Notes: generated by a model not told the origin, from the sequence alone. A stretch of 64,000 nt of DNA from Candidatus Micrarchaeota archaeon (GCA_021813385.1 JAKAKT010000095.1:14194-78193); one strand, 5' to 3'. Shown: positions 1 to 8,784, counted from the first letter of the stretch. Translations and numbers: made by a program.

Positions 1-869
1 TCCTCTCTTTCCTAGTTGGAATCCTGTTCCAAGGGATTCAGAGGAAACTGGTCGCGAGGTTCCAGCACAGAATCGGCCCGCCGGTTTTCCAGCCGCTTTA
101 TGACATTCTCAAACTGCTTTCGAAGGAGACGATAATCCCGAGGAGTTCGGTGAAGCCCGTTTTCGTGATTGCGCCGTTCGTCGCCTTGGCTGCGATGGTT
201 ACTGCAGTGCTCCTAGTGCCGGTTGCAGGGATTACGTTCTGGGGATTTACAGGGGACGTCATAGTGCTACTTTACGTGTTCGTGCTCGCGAGCATCGGAA
301 TCATCGTCGGGGCCTCTGCATCGGGCTCGCCATTCTCCGCAGTTGGCGCCTCCAGGGAGATTACATTGCTCATATCCCTCAAGCTCCCACTCTCAATTGC
401 CGTCCTTTCAGCAGCATTCATCGCCAAGAGCTTCTCGATAGGCGCAATTGCCCAGAACAACACGTATCTCCTGCTGGTCGGAGCGCTCGCTTACTTCCTC
501 TGCATGCTCGGGGAGCTCGGGAGGGCGCCTTTCCACGTCAGCGAGGCTGAGACTGAGATTGTCGAGGGAGTGTATACGGAATATTCCGGAAGGCTGCTTG
601 CTGCTTACAAGATTGCCGAGTCATTCAGGTTCTATGCGCTGCCGATGCTTTTTGCGGCGCTGTTCCTCCCGATTCCTGACATTGGTGCACCCGGAATGCT
701 CGTCCTCCAGCTCGGTTTCGCGTTCATTGCTGTAGTTGTCTCGGCTGTTGTCGAGGCTGTCTCAGCCCGGTTCAAGATACAGCACGTATCGGGGTTTTAT
801 CTGAAGGGAGTGCTTGCGCTCGCCCTAATCCAGATGGCGATTGCGCTTCTAGTCCCTAAGGCGGTGTGA
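1..869 (+). CDS. NuoH-like membrane subunit of a group 4 hydrogenase or complex I-like module (MbhM/HyfC/EchB-like), 5' partial
   Basis: The frame is open from nt 3 and reads ...QGIQRKLVARFQHRIGPPVFQPLYDILKLLSKE..., the NuoH/HycD signature; it is polytopic membrane protein. It is followed directly by a NuoI-like ferredoxin, the MbhM-MbhN-like order. Confidence 0.7.
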   Translation, partial: LSFLVGILFQGIQRKLVARFQHRIGPPVFQPLYDILKLLSKETIIPRSSVKPVFVIAPFVALAAMVTAVLLVPVAGITFWGFTGDVIVLLYVFVLASIGIIVGASASGSPFSAVGASREITLLISLKLPLSIAVLSAAFIAKSFSIGAIAQNNTYLLLVGALAYFLCMLGELGRAPFHVSEAETEIVEGVYTEYSGRLLAAYKIAESFRFYALPMLFAALFLPIPDIGAPGMLVLQLGFAFIAVVVSAVVEAVSARFKIQHVSGFYLKGVLALALIQMAIALLVPKAV

Positions 870-1540
870 TGATGAACCTGGTTCCAAAAATGCTCGGGGA
901 CGTCCTGCGGAATCTCTTCCGCGCGCCCTACACTGTCCCATACCCGAAGAGGAAGGTTCCTGTCACCGAGAGGTACAGGGGCATGATTGAGATTTCCGAA
1001 AAATGCATCGCGTGCGGGGCTTGTGCTGTCGCCTGCCCGGCCAAGTGCATAAAGTTCGACAGGAAATCGCTGAAGTACTGGCTTCCCCACTGCATATTCT
1101 GCGGAAGGTGCGCTGATGTCTGCCCGGTGGACGCAGTCATATTCACTGACAGGTGCGAGGAGGCAAGGGAGGACAAGGAGCTTTATGCCGGCAGGGTCTT
1201 CGAGATGGCGAAATGCGAGGTCTGCGGGAAGGACACCGTCGCAGTCACGCAGAAGAGATACATGATTGAGGTAAAGAAAATGGACCCGAAGCTCTTCGCG
1301 AGGTGTGCTGAGTGCAGGAACAAACCCGCGGTGCAAAAGCCCCCCGAGGAGCCAAAACCCTCTGAGGAACAGAAACCCTCGATGGCCGAAACAGCGAAGA
1401 AGGATTTGGAAGGCGGAAACGGGGAATCCAAAACTGGCGAGAATGCGGGGCAGCCTAGTGACGGGATTATCGAGGGGGAAGGGAAGTCCGACGAGGACTT
1501 GGATTTCAAGGATGCGCCGCCCTGGGTGAAAAGGGGATAG
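866..1540 (+). CDS. 2x[4Fe-4S] ferredoxin subunit (NuoI/MbhN/HycF-like) with a Lys/Glu/Pro-rich C-terminal tail
   Basis: Two CxxCxxCxxxCP motifs (CIACGACAVACP, CIFCGRCADVCP); ATGA overlap with the upstream NuoH-like gene. Confidence 0.7.
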   Translation: MMMNLVPKMLGDVLRNLFRAPYTVPYPKRKVPVTERYRGMIEISEKCIACGACAVACPAKCIKFDRKSLKYWLPHCIFCGRCADVCPVDAVIFTDRCEEAREDKELYAGRVFEMAKCEVCGKDTVAVTQKRYMIEVKKMDPKLFARCAECRNKPAVQKPPEEPKPSEEQKPSMAETAKKDLEGGNGESKTGENAGQPSDGIIEGEGKSDEDLDFKDAPPWVKRG

Positions 1541-1570
1541 GTTATAAATTCCCAATCCTAATTTTTACCT

Positions 1571-1897
1571 ATGCACGAGATGCCGTATGTCAAAGCCGCC
1601 CTTTCGGCAGTGCTCGAGGCTGCGAAAGGGAAGAAAGTGAAAAGGATGAAGATTGAGGTCGGCTCGAATGTGACGGACCTCGAAGAATTCCGGGAGCTGT
1701 TTTTCATGCTTTCCGAGAGCACGGCTGCCGGGGGAGCGAAGCTCGAGGTGAAGCAGATGAAGCCTTACCTTAAGTGCGGGGCCTGCAAGAATGAGGCCTC
1801 TTCCCAATTCTCCCCGGTTCGCTGCCCGAAGTGCGGCTCGCCTGACATCGAGACGAACGCGAATGAGGTAAAAATTGTCGAGATTGAAGTCGATTGA
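1571..1897 (+). CDS. hypA: Hydrogenase nickel-incorporation/maturation protein HypA
   Basis: N-terminal MHE start and two Zn-ribbon CxxC pairs (CGACK...CPKCG); about 108 aa; adjacent to hydrogenase subunits. Confidence 0.75.
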   Translation: MHEMPYVKAALSAVLEAAKGKKVKRMKIEVGSNVTDLEEFRELFFMLSESTAAGGAKLEVKQMKPYLKCGACKNEASSQFSPVRCPKCGSPDIETNANEVKIVEIEVD

Positions 1898-2010
1898 GGA
1901 ATCGAACTCGAGCGGGTTAAGGTTGCGGATATTGAAGTTGAGTGAGGACTCGAGCCGGTACGAATCGAACTCGAGCGGGTTAAGGTTGCGGGGATTGTGG
2001 TCGAGTGAAC
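1871..2010 (+). repeat. Tandem degenerate copies (period about 63 bp) of the hypA 3' coding end plus downstream sequence
   Basis: aatcgaactcgagcgggttaaggttgcgg occurs twice, each followed by a variant of the hypA terminal codons (gatattgaagttgagtga; gggattgtggtcgagtga versus native gagattgaagtcgattga), and each copy ends in TGA. Confidence 0.6.
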
Positions 2011-2070
2011 CCCGAAACTGTTAAAAACCAGTTTTCGCATATAATTAATACTAATTCTAGAGGTGAGTGC

Positions 2071-3066
2071 ATGGATGAACGTTCAGCTTATAGGAATGCT
2101 GCTGTCGATTTCCTAAAAGAAACTTATGTCGGTTTTACCCCTTGGGGCGGACAACGCGAGCGGGAGAATTACGCAAACAGGCCAAACGAAGAACTCGTGA
2201 AAGGAGTTTTGATAGGAAGGCCAGGTTACCAGAGCCTCAATCGCGGCGCCGACCCGCTGAGCAGCTTTTCAAGCTGTCTTCTTGAATTGAAAGGAAGAAC
2301 TGGGAAGGGAGAAGTTGACGAAGCGAGCATTCGAACTGTGATTGACCATATACTCGACAACATTTCGCCAAAAGACGGTAGCACCAGGGTTCTCGAATCA
2401 ATTACTGATTTTTTTGTGAGCGTGAATGCAGGAGACAGAGAGGCGGAAGTCAAGCACTTCTTGCAAGTTGTCATTGGGCCAAATTCCCAGAACTTCGTAA
2501 GGGCGAGAATCAGCGCTGCAGTTGCGCTTGCTGCCCGAGGCGATTATTCGGGCCTCGGAGTTCTTCAGGAAGCATCTTACCTGAAACTACCTGTTATGAA
2601 TGGAATTCAAGAAGATGATCGGCCTTTCCCCAGAAACGAGATATTTCTTGCGAGGGCGATAGCAGGCGACACGCAGCCGGATGTGGAGACGTACTTCGTA
2701 AACATTTTGAAAAGCTACTCAAGAATACACGAACCTGCTGTCGGAATCGCGATAATCGGATTTCTTGCGCTCGGAGAAGCAAAGTCCGGAATCATGCTTC
2801 CTGTATCGCACCCGTTTTGCGCCAAAACCATCGGGCAGATGGCTTTGGAATCGGATAGTGTTCCAGAGACGATAAAAGCCTTGGTTAGAACTGGGCAAAC
2901 ACAAAAGGCAAGCGGGGGCGGCGGTCTGAATGCCGACCATCTTGGCACTGCGGATTTCATGTCCAGGCGGGCAGTCAGGGCAATCGAGCAGTCGATGCTC
3001 GGCAGGCCGGCAATAGGAAGAGGAGTTCACTTCCACAATAGAAACCCGGGCAGAACCACTGCTTAA
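2071..3066 (+). CDS. Hypothetical protein (about 331 aa)
   Basis: Long ORF with coding-like composition and an ATG at 2071 preceded by GGTGA; no recognisable motif. The track start at 2005 is probably an over-extension. Confidence 0.5.
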   Translation: MDERSAYRNAAVDFLKETYVGFTPWGGQRERENYANRPNEELVKGVLIGRPGYQSLNRGADPLSSFSSCLLELKGRTGKGEVDEASIRTVIDHILDNISPKDGSTRVLESITDFFVSVNAGDREAEVKHFLQVVIGPNSQNFVRARISAAVALAARGDYSGLGVLQEASYLKLPVMNGIQEDDRPFPRNEIFLARAIAGDTQPDVETYFVNILKSYSRIHEPAVGIAIIGFLALGEAKSGIMLPVSHPFCAKTIGQMALESDSVPETIKALVRTGQTQKASGGGGLNADHLGTADFMSRRAVRAIEQSMLGRPAIGRGVHFHNRNPGRTTA

Positions 3067-3100
3067 ATACTACTTCTTTCCCTAGTTTTTCGGTGTTCAT

Positions 3101-3316
3101 ATGGAAGTTGCCGGGATGTGCGACATCTGCTGGAAGCTGATGGTGAAATTCACCTGTCCCCTGTGCGGGGCGAAGGTCTGCCCTGTCTGCTATGACTACA
3201 ACGGGAAAGTCTGCAAGAACTGCGCCGGCGGGAGGAAAGCCGAAGACTCCCCGGTTGTTGGCTCGACCCTTGAGGAAGTCGATGACGAGGACGGGATTGA
3301 AGACCTGTTCAAGTAG
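3101..3316 (+). CDS. Small zinc-ribbon protein (4x CxxC) with an acidic C-terminus
   Basis: CDICWK...CPLCG...CPVCYD...CKNCAG pattern; 71 aa. Confidence 0.5.
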   Translation: MEVAGMCDICWKLMVKFTCPLCGAKVCPVCYDYNGKVCKNCAGGRKAEDSPVVGSTLEEVDDEDGIEDLFK

Positions 3317-3356
3317 AAGAGAAGCTTTTTATACTCGATTATACTTAGGTATACTT

Positions 3357-3581
3357 ATGTATACCACGATAAAAATATCGACGGGCCTGAAGAAACGGCT
3401 TGACGCGCTGAAGATTGTCAACGGCGAGACCTACGAGGAATTGCTCTCGGACTTGATTGAGGACCACTTAACGATAAACGAGAAGACAAAAAAGGACATT
3501 GCCGAATCCCTCGCCCAATGCGCGCGGGGGGAGGTTGTCTCCCTCGAAGAGTTCAAGAAGAAGGCTGGGATTCATGTATAA
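3357..3581 (+). CDS. Type II antitoxin, putative ribbon-helix-helix (RelB/ParD-like)
   Basis: 74 aa, MYTTIKISTGLKKRLDALK...; it overlaps the downstream RelE/ParE toxin by 8 nt, the classic TA arrangement. The 5' part of track ORF 3192..3581 overlaps the Zn-ribbon gene and is probably spurious. Confidence 0.6.
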   Translation: MYTTIKISTGLKKRLDALKIVNGETYEELLSDLIEDHLTINEKTKKDIAESLAQCARGEVVSLEEFKKKAGIHV

Positions 3582-3831
3582 AGTCACCCTGTCTAAGAAC
3601 GCGGCGAGGGAATTGTCCAAGCTGAATCGGGAGCTTGCGTCGAGATTCGTTGCTCTCCTCTCAAGAATAAACATTACGCCATACGACTACATGAGAAAGC
3701 TTTCGGGAACTGATTTATACCGGCTCCGAGTCGGGGACTATCGGGCGATTATCAAGATTGATGACGAGAAGAAGGAGCTTTTGGTGCTCAAAATCGGGCA
3801 CCGAAAAAATATTTACGACTGGCTCGGTTAG
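3574..3831 (+). CDS. relE: RelE/ParE family type II toxin (mRNA interferase)
   Basis: MYKVTLSKNAARELSKL...LYRLRVGDYRAIIKIDDEKKELLVLKIGHRKNIY is the canonical RelE/ParE C-terminal signature. Confidence 0.75.
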   Translation: MYKVTLSKNAARELSKLNRELASRFVALLSRINITPYDYMRKLSGTDLYRLRVGDYRAIIKIDDEKKELLVLKIGHRKNIYDWLG

Positions 3832-3858
3832 GGGCTCGATTGGCTATAGCCGGAACAC

Positions 3859-4308
3859 TCAACTCCCGTCCCACCTAGAACTAAGACTCCATTTTGCAAT
3901 CACCAAGCCTTTCCGCTCTCCCCGTATCTCTTTTCCCTTGAGGTATTTGTAGTATGGTGCTGTTATTCCTATAAACAAAGTCACTGTTGCCCACCCGTAG
4001 TTTTTCAGGTAAAAGGCGATGATGGCAACGACCAATGTGTAGAAGGCAAACGCGAACCCGCCCAGTATGAACAACAGAAAAGCGGTGATGGGGATTACAT
4101 TCACGATTGTCTCAGTTGTATCGGTCGTATCGCTTTTATCGAAAAAGAAAACAGCTGTTGCTGCGAATATTAGCAGCAAGAAACCAAAGATGACTGAGAA
4201 AATGGATATTTTGCATAGCAGATTCGAGATTTTCCATAATGTGCTTGCGTCCCTGTTTGTCGCTTCAATCTTTTTCGAAACTTCGTCGCTCCAGAAAGAA
4301 ACACCCAT
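3859..4308 (-). CDS. Small integral membrane protein
   Basis: Three to four hydrophobic helices; abuts the upstream gene (4308/4309). Confidence 0.45.
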   Translation of the reverse strand: MGVSFWSDEVSKKIEATNRDASTLWKISNLLCKISIFSVIFGFLLLIFAATAVFFFDKSDTTDTTETIVNVIPITAFLLFILGGFAFAFYTLVVAIIAFYLKNYGWATVTLFIGITAPYYKYLKGKEIRGERKGLVIAKWSLSSRWDGS

Positions 4309-4971
4309 TCAACCACTCTCCTGGCCCAATATCTCCCTGCATTTTCCAGCGTCCATGAACCCTTCGTATTTCTTCCCGTTAATTATCATTGTTGGAAGTG
4401 TCGCAATCCCGTACTGGTCCTTTAGCGCATCCACGACCGGGTTCTTCACGTTCACGTCAAAGTGGTAGATGAGGGTCTTGTCGCGGATTTCCGGTAGCCC
4501 TGCGAGCGCATCGCCGAGGGCGATTCCCTGGTCCGTGTTCGGGGAGTAGTTTTCATTCGTGTAGAAATAAAGAATGGCTGTGTGCTTGGTTCCGCAGCTC
4601 TCGTCCATGTCCTTTAGCAGAAGATAATTCCGCATCTGCATGAGCGAGTAGTCTGACTTGAGAGACATCACCTGTGGGTCGAGCTTCCCGAGCTTCTTCT
4701 CCAGATAGTCCAGGTTGTTTCCATACTCGACGGTCTTCTGGGAAAATTCGATGAACTGCTTCCCGAGGACCGGGCACCCCATCTCCCCCCTGCCTCTCAT
4801 CAGCGAAAGCACCTCGAGCATGTAGCTCTCGCTCCTCAATTGCTCGAGATTGGACTTCATCTGCGATTCGGCGGTGTAGCCCATCTGCCAGCCCACCAGG
4901 AGGCCGACTATGAAAATCAGCGAGGTTACCGCGAGGGCGACTATGTGAAGCGGGCTGATTTTTCTATCCAT
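4309..4971 (-). CDS. Membrane-anchored hypothetical protein (N-terminal TM helix, possible thioredoxin-like alpha/beta C-domain)
   Basis: N-terminal hydrophobic helix; the C-terminal pattern ...YGIATLPTMIINGKKYEG resembles a thioredoxin-fold beta-strand region but has no CxxC. Confidence 0.45.
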   Translation of the reverse strand: MDRKISPLHIVALAVTSLIFIVGLLVGWQMGYTAESQMKSNLEQLRSESYMLEVLSLMRGRGEMGCPVLGKQFIEFSQKTVEYGNNLDYLEKKLGKLDPQVMSLKSDYSLMQMRNYLLLKDMDESCGTKHTAILYFYTNENYSPNTDQGIALGDALAGLPEIRDKTLIYHFDVNVKNPVVDALKDQYGIATLPTMIINGKKYEGFMDAGKCREILGQESG

Positions 4972-4974
4972 TTT

Positions 4975-6144
4975 TCAATCCCCCCTCCAGGCGGGCTTAA
5001 GGCCGGCGGCTGAATTGAAGGCCAATTCCGCGATTACCGCAATCCAGACGAAGGTCAATAGGAATGATATCGCAAAGAGGAATAAAAAGCCTCCGAAAAC
5101 CCCGTATTCCCGCGTGTCCCTCATCGCATAGTAGAAAACAGCCATGTTCACGAGCATCACGAATACGAAAAGGAAAGTGGTTGAGGTAAATTCCAGGTAG
5201 TAGAACCGCAGCGATGCTGGCTCGAATCTGAGGGAAAAATCAAGGCTGGGCAGATGGAGGAGGAATGAGAGAAGCGTCAGGAGCAGTAGTGAAAGGGCGA
5301 GCGGAAGCACGAACATCCCGAAATCCCCGTATTTTGGGGAAAACAGGTATTTGTGCTTCCAGAGATTCGAAAGCGAGCCAAGGTACCAGCGCCTCCTCTG
5401 CTTGAAAAGGGACCTAAAACTGGAAGGGGTGTCCGTGAAGACCTCGGCGTTTATTGAGTTCTCAATCCGAAGGTTTTTTGCCTGGATTCGAAGGGCGATT
5501 TCCTGGTCTTCTGTGAGCGTGCTCTCATCAAATCCGCCGAGCTCGAGAAGGACTGAGCGCCTGTAGATTGAAAACGGGCCGGGGGTAACTGATATGCCGT
5601 CAACAAAGCTCTGGAGTTTCTTCAGGAATGTGTTTATGATGTACTCTCCCCTCTGCATCCTCTGGACCAGCGTTTTCGGTTCCCACACTTTCATCGCAGC
5701 AGTCACTGATGCAACTTCAGAATCAGCGAAGTATCCCACCATTTTCAATAGCGTCCCTTTTGACACGTATGAGTCCGCATCCATTATCGCCACGAGCTCG
5801 CCTTTTGCTTCCTTGAGCGCTACGTTGATTGAGTTGGCCTTCCCGGTGTTTTTCTTGTCGATTAGCTTGATATTGTGGCCCTTGGCTACCTCGGCGGTCT
5901 TATCCTTAGAGCCATCATTTACCACAATCACCTCGAGCAATTTTTTCGGGTAATTGAGGGCGAGCACCGACTCGATTGTCTTCCCGATGCTTTTCTCCTC
6001 ATTGTAAGCTGGGATTATCACGCTTATGCTCAAAAAATTTTTTGCTTCTGGGTCGGCCCTGACTTTTTCGGATTGCGTGAGGTAGAGAAGGGAATAGAAC
6101 ACAACTGAATAAAGCCCGAGGAACGCGAGCACGTATTCGAGCAT
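4975..6144 (-). CDS. Family 2 glycosyltransferase with C-terminal TM helices
   Basis: ISVIIPAYNEEKSIGKTIESVLALNYP...EVIVVNDGSKDKT is the GT2 signature, including the DxD region (IMDADS). Confidence 0.8.
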   Translation of the reverse strand: MLEYVLAFLGLYSVVFYSLLYLTQSEKVRADPEAKNFLSISVIIPAYNEEKSIGKTIESVLALNYPKKLLEVIVVNDGSKDKTAEVAKGHNIKLIDKKNTGKANSINVALKEAKGELVAIMDADSYVSKGTLLKMVGYFADSEVASVTAAMKVWEPKTLVQRMQRGEYIINTFLKKLQSFVDGISVTPGPFSIYRRSVLLELGGFDESTLTEDQEIALRIQAKNLRIENSINAEVFTDTPSSFRSLFKQRRRWYLGSLSNLWKHKYLFSPKYGDFGMFVLPLALSLLLLTLLSFLLHLPSLDFSLRFEPASLRFYYLEFTSTTFLFVFVMLVNMAVFYYAMRDTREYGVFGGFLFLFAISFLLTFVWIAVIAELAFNSAAGLKPAWRGD

Positions 6145-6194
6145 GTGGGTATTTCTCCGGATAGCTTTTTAACCAGGGGCTCGAATCCTATTCC

Positions 6195-7280
6195 ATGGAC
6201 AAGTACGGCCCGGAGAAGCTGTTGCAGGCTTACAACCCTTCGACCGGCAGCCTGGGCCTCCTCGTTGTTGATAACACGGCTCTCGGCCCAGGGCTCGGAG
6301 GATTTTACGTTCTCCCGAAAATAACGATAGAGCACAGCTTCGAGCTCGCAAGGCTCTATACGCTGATGAACTCGCTCCACGGGGTCCCTTTCGGGGGAGG
6401 ATGCGCCTGCCTCGCGAAGGGAGAAAAGATGGCGTTGGATATTGGTGAATTCGCTTCGGCAGTTGCCCCCCTTGCGAACAATTCGTTCATCGCCTGCCCT
6501 GGGTTCGGGGTCGGCGAGGCTGAGATGGAGAATTATGCGTATGCCTGCGGGGATGTCCGGGGCGCAGCAGGAAAGCCCTCGAAATTGAAGGGGATTCCCT
6601 TTGAAAACGGGGGAATCGGGCTGGGGATTGCGCACTGCGCGCTAGAGGCTTTGCGATTCATGAAAATCGACAACCCGAAAGTCTCGATATTCGGGTTGGG
6701 GAGGGACGGGCTTTTCGCAGCGAGGGTCCTCTCGAGAAACTTGATTAAGGTGGTGGCAGCCGGGGAAGCGGACGGGGCGACGATGAACGGGGAAGGGCTC
6801 GACATCGATTCCCTTGCTAACCTCGTAAATTCCGGCGGGAGGGTTGATGCCTTCCCGAGGGGGAGCCCGGGAACAGTGGTGCAGGCTCTCGCTGAACCGG
6901 CGGACCTGATGATAATAACGAGCCCGGGAGTGATAAACCAGAATCTCGCGAATGAGATTAAGCCGAGAATCCTGCTCGAAGGGGCCCTTGGAGTTGTGGA
7001 GAAGAACGATGAGGCGACAATGGTGGCCCGCGGGGTCACGGTTCTCCCGGACATACTCGCTTGCGGGGGAGCGGGCTTGAGCTCTCACGTCGAGCACATT
7101 GGGGGGAATGTCGTCGACATGAATGAGATTGTGGCTAATTCCATGAAGAGGACCGCGAGAAAAGTCCTCGAGGAGCCAGGGAGGAGCCTTCGGGAAGTCG
7201 CTACGAGGATTGCGCTCGAGAGGATTGACGAGGCGGCAAGCAAGATGCACAAAGGGGCCATGGAGAGCCGAACGCGTTGA
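6195..7280 (+). CDS. Glu/Leu/Phe/Val dehydrogenase-family NAD(P)-binding protein (divergent N-terminal domain)
   Basis: The C-terminal domain matches the amino-acid dehydrogenase Rossmann domain (KVSIFGLGRDGLFAARVL..., ...EGALGVVEKNDEATMVARGVTVLPDILACGGAG); the canonical K-x-GG-x-K Gly-rich catalytic motif was not seen. Confidence 0.55.
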   Translation: MDKYGPEKLLQAYNPSTGSLGLLVVDNTALGPGLGGFYVLPKITIEHSFELARLYTLMNSLHGVPFGGGCACLAKGEKMALDIGEFASAVAPLANNSFIACPGFGVGEAEMENYAYACGDVRGAAGKPSKLKGIPFENGGIGLGIAHCALEALRFMKIDNPKVSIFGLGRDGLFAARVLSRNLIKVVAAGEADGATMNGEGLDIDSLANLVNSGGRVDAFPRGSPGTVVQALAEPADLMIITSPGVINQNLANEIKPRILLEGALGVVEKNDEATMVARGVTVLPDILACGGAGLSSHVEHIGGNVVDMNEIVANSMKRTARKVLEEPGRSLREVATRIALERIDEAASKMHKGAMESRTR

Positions 7281-7284
7281 GCAA

Positions 7285-7295
7285 TCCTTTATATT
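7285..7295 (+). promoter_or_regulatory. TATA-like box upstream of the ferredoxin-GGR operon
   Basis: cctttatattg lies about 50 bp upstream of ATG 7342. Confidence 0.3.
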
Positions 7296-7341
7296 GTTTT
7301 TTTCCATAAATTAGGGTTAAGGTTAGTGGGGGTAGTGTCTC

Positions 7342-7518
7342 ATGATTGACGTGAACAAAAGCAAGTGCGCCTATTGCGGCGCCTGCGTCGCGGTCTGCCC
7401 AGTCGATGCGCTGCGCCTGAAGGAGACGGTCATAGTTTGCGATGAGAAATGCACCTCGTGCGGGATATGCGAGAAGGCCTGCCCGATGAAGGCAATCACG
7501 ACACTGAAAAAGGCGTGA
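7342..7518 (+). CDS. Small 2x[4Fe-4S] ferredoxin (58 aa), probable electron donor to geranylgeranyl reductase
   Basis: Not in the ORF track because it is under 60 aa: MIDVNKSKCAYCGACVAVCPVDALRL...CTSCGICEKACPMKAI; its stop overlaps the GGR start (TGATG). Confidence 0.7.
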   Translation: MIDVNKSKCAYCGACVAVCPVDALRLKETVIVCDEKCTSCGICEKACPMKAITTLKKA

Positions 7519-8705
7519 TGTTTATGGAAAAATACGATGTAATTGTTGTCGGGGCTGGCCCGGCAGGGAGCATGGCTGCCAGGGAAGCGGCGAAGGCTGG
7601 CGCAAGCGTGCTAATCCTCGAGAGGAGGAAGGAGATTGGCGCGCCTGTCCGATGCGGGGAGGGGATTGGGAGCCACTGGATGAATGAATTCGGGATGAAG
7701 GTCAGTGACAAGGCGATAAGCGCCCACATAAACGGCTCGCTCATAGTCGCCCCGAACCTTAAAGACACTATTAGAGTTAGGACGGCTGAAACAAAGGGGG
7801 TCGTTGTTGACAGGAAGGTATTCGACAAGGACCTCGCTCTGGAGGCCGGCAGGGCTGGTGCGAAAATAATGGTCAAGAGTGAAGTTGTCGAGGTAAAGAA
7901 AGACGGGGGGAAAGTTACCGGGGTAGTAGTTGAAGCAGATGGGCGAAAGGAGGAGTTCTACTCAAAAGTCCTGATTGCTGCTGACGGCGGCGAATCGACT
8001 GTCGCGAGGATGGCAGGAATAAACTCGACAGCGAGCCTGTATGACTCGGACTTCGGGGTCGAATATGAGATGGTGAATGTCGATTGCGAAGACCTCATCG
8101 AGATTTATTTTTCAAGAGAATATGCCCCGAGAGGGTATGTCTGGGTCTTTCCAAAAGGGAAGGATGTCGCGAACGTCGGGGTCGGGATAGGCGGGGCGGA
8201 GAAAGGAAGCCACGCTATCGAATACCTGGATAGGTTCCTTAAACTCGAAAGGTTCAAGAAAGCGCAACCTGTCGCCATTAAGGCCGGGGTGATCCCGGTG
8301 GGGGCGCCCATGAAGGGCCTTGTGCTCGATGGGTTCATGGTTGCAGGGACTGCTGCGCATCAGGTCGATCCGATTCATGGTGGTGGCATCTGCCTCGCGA
8401 TGGACGCGGGCATGATGGCAGGCAGGGTCGCTGCGAAATGCGCAATTGCCGGGAAGACGGATGCGAAAAGCCTTTCTGAATACGAGAGCGCCTGGAGGGA
8501 AAAACGGGAAAAGAAGCTCCTGAAGCGGCTCATGCTGAGAAAAGTGCTCGAGAAGCTTAATGATGACGACTTGAACGCAATCATCGGTTCTGTCGGAGAC
8601 GAGGACATCGAGAAGCTGCTGAACAGCAACTTCGTGCCTGTTGTCAAGAAGGTGCTCCTGAAGAGGCCGCAGCTCTTAAAAGTCCTCGAGGTGCTGGTAA
8701 AATAA
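7518..8705 (+). CDS. Geranylgeranyl reductase (digeranylgeranylglycerophospholipid reductase)
   Basis: MFMEKYDVIVVGAGPAGSMAAREAAKAGASVLILERRKEIGAPVRCGEGI, i.e. FAD GxGxxG and the conserved PVRCGE; about 395 aa; the track start at 7449 is over-extended. Confidence 0.85.
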   Translation: MFMEKYDVIVVGAGPAGSMAAREAAKAGASVLILERRKEIGAPVRCGEGIGSHWMNEFGMKVSDKAISAHINGSLIVAPNLKDTIRVRTAETKGVVVDRKVFDKDLALEAGRAGAKIMVKSEVVEVKKDGGKVTGVVVEADGRKEEFYSKVLIAADGGESTVARMAGINSTASLYDSDFGVEYEMVNVDCEDLIEIYFSREYAPRGYVWVFPKGKDVANVGVGIGGAEKGSHAIEYLDRFLKLERFKKAQPVAIKAGVIPVGAPMKGLVLDGFMVAGTAAHQVDPIHGGGICLAMDAGMMAGRVAAKCAIAGKTDAKSLSEYESAWREKREKKLLKRLMLRKVLEKLNDDDLNAIIGSVGDEDIEKLLNSNFVPVVKKVLLKRPQLLKVLEVLVK

Positions 8706-8784
8706 CGGGCCCATGGAGAAGTCCTCCCGGGGAAAGGAATAAGAAACCTGTTGATGGAATTATAGGGGAGTGCGAGGGATTTTT

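Noticed and set aside
797-1555. Antisense ORFs overlapping strongly supported genes (examples: 797..1555-, 6030..6635-, 6642..7307-, 36745..37434-, 54454..55152-, 46755..47681+, 53189..53929+, 40938..42154+).
   Set aside because: Each lies opposite a gene with clear family signatures and translates to low-complexity Arg/Pro/Ser-rich sequence typical of antisense frames in GC-rich DNA.
6195-7280. Initial idea that this gene is a canonical glutamate dehydrogenase.
   Set aside because: The C-terminal NAD(P) domain fits the Glu/Leu/Phe/Val dehydrogenase family, but the N-terminal Gly-rich catalytic Lys motif is not recognisable, so it is downgraded to a family-level call.
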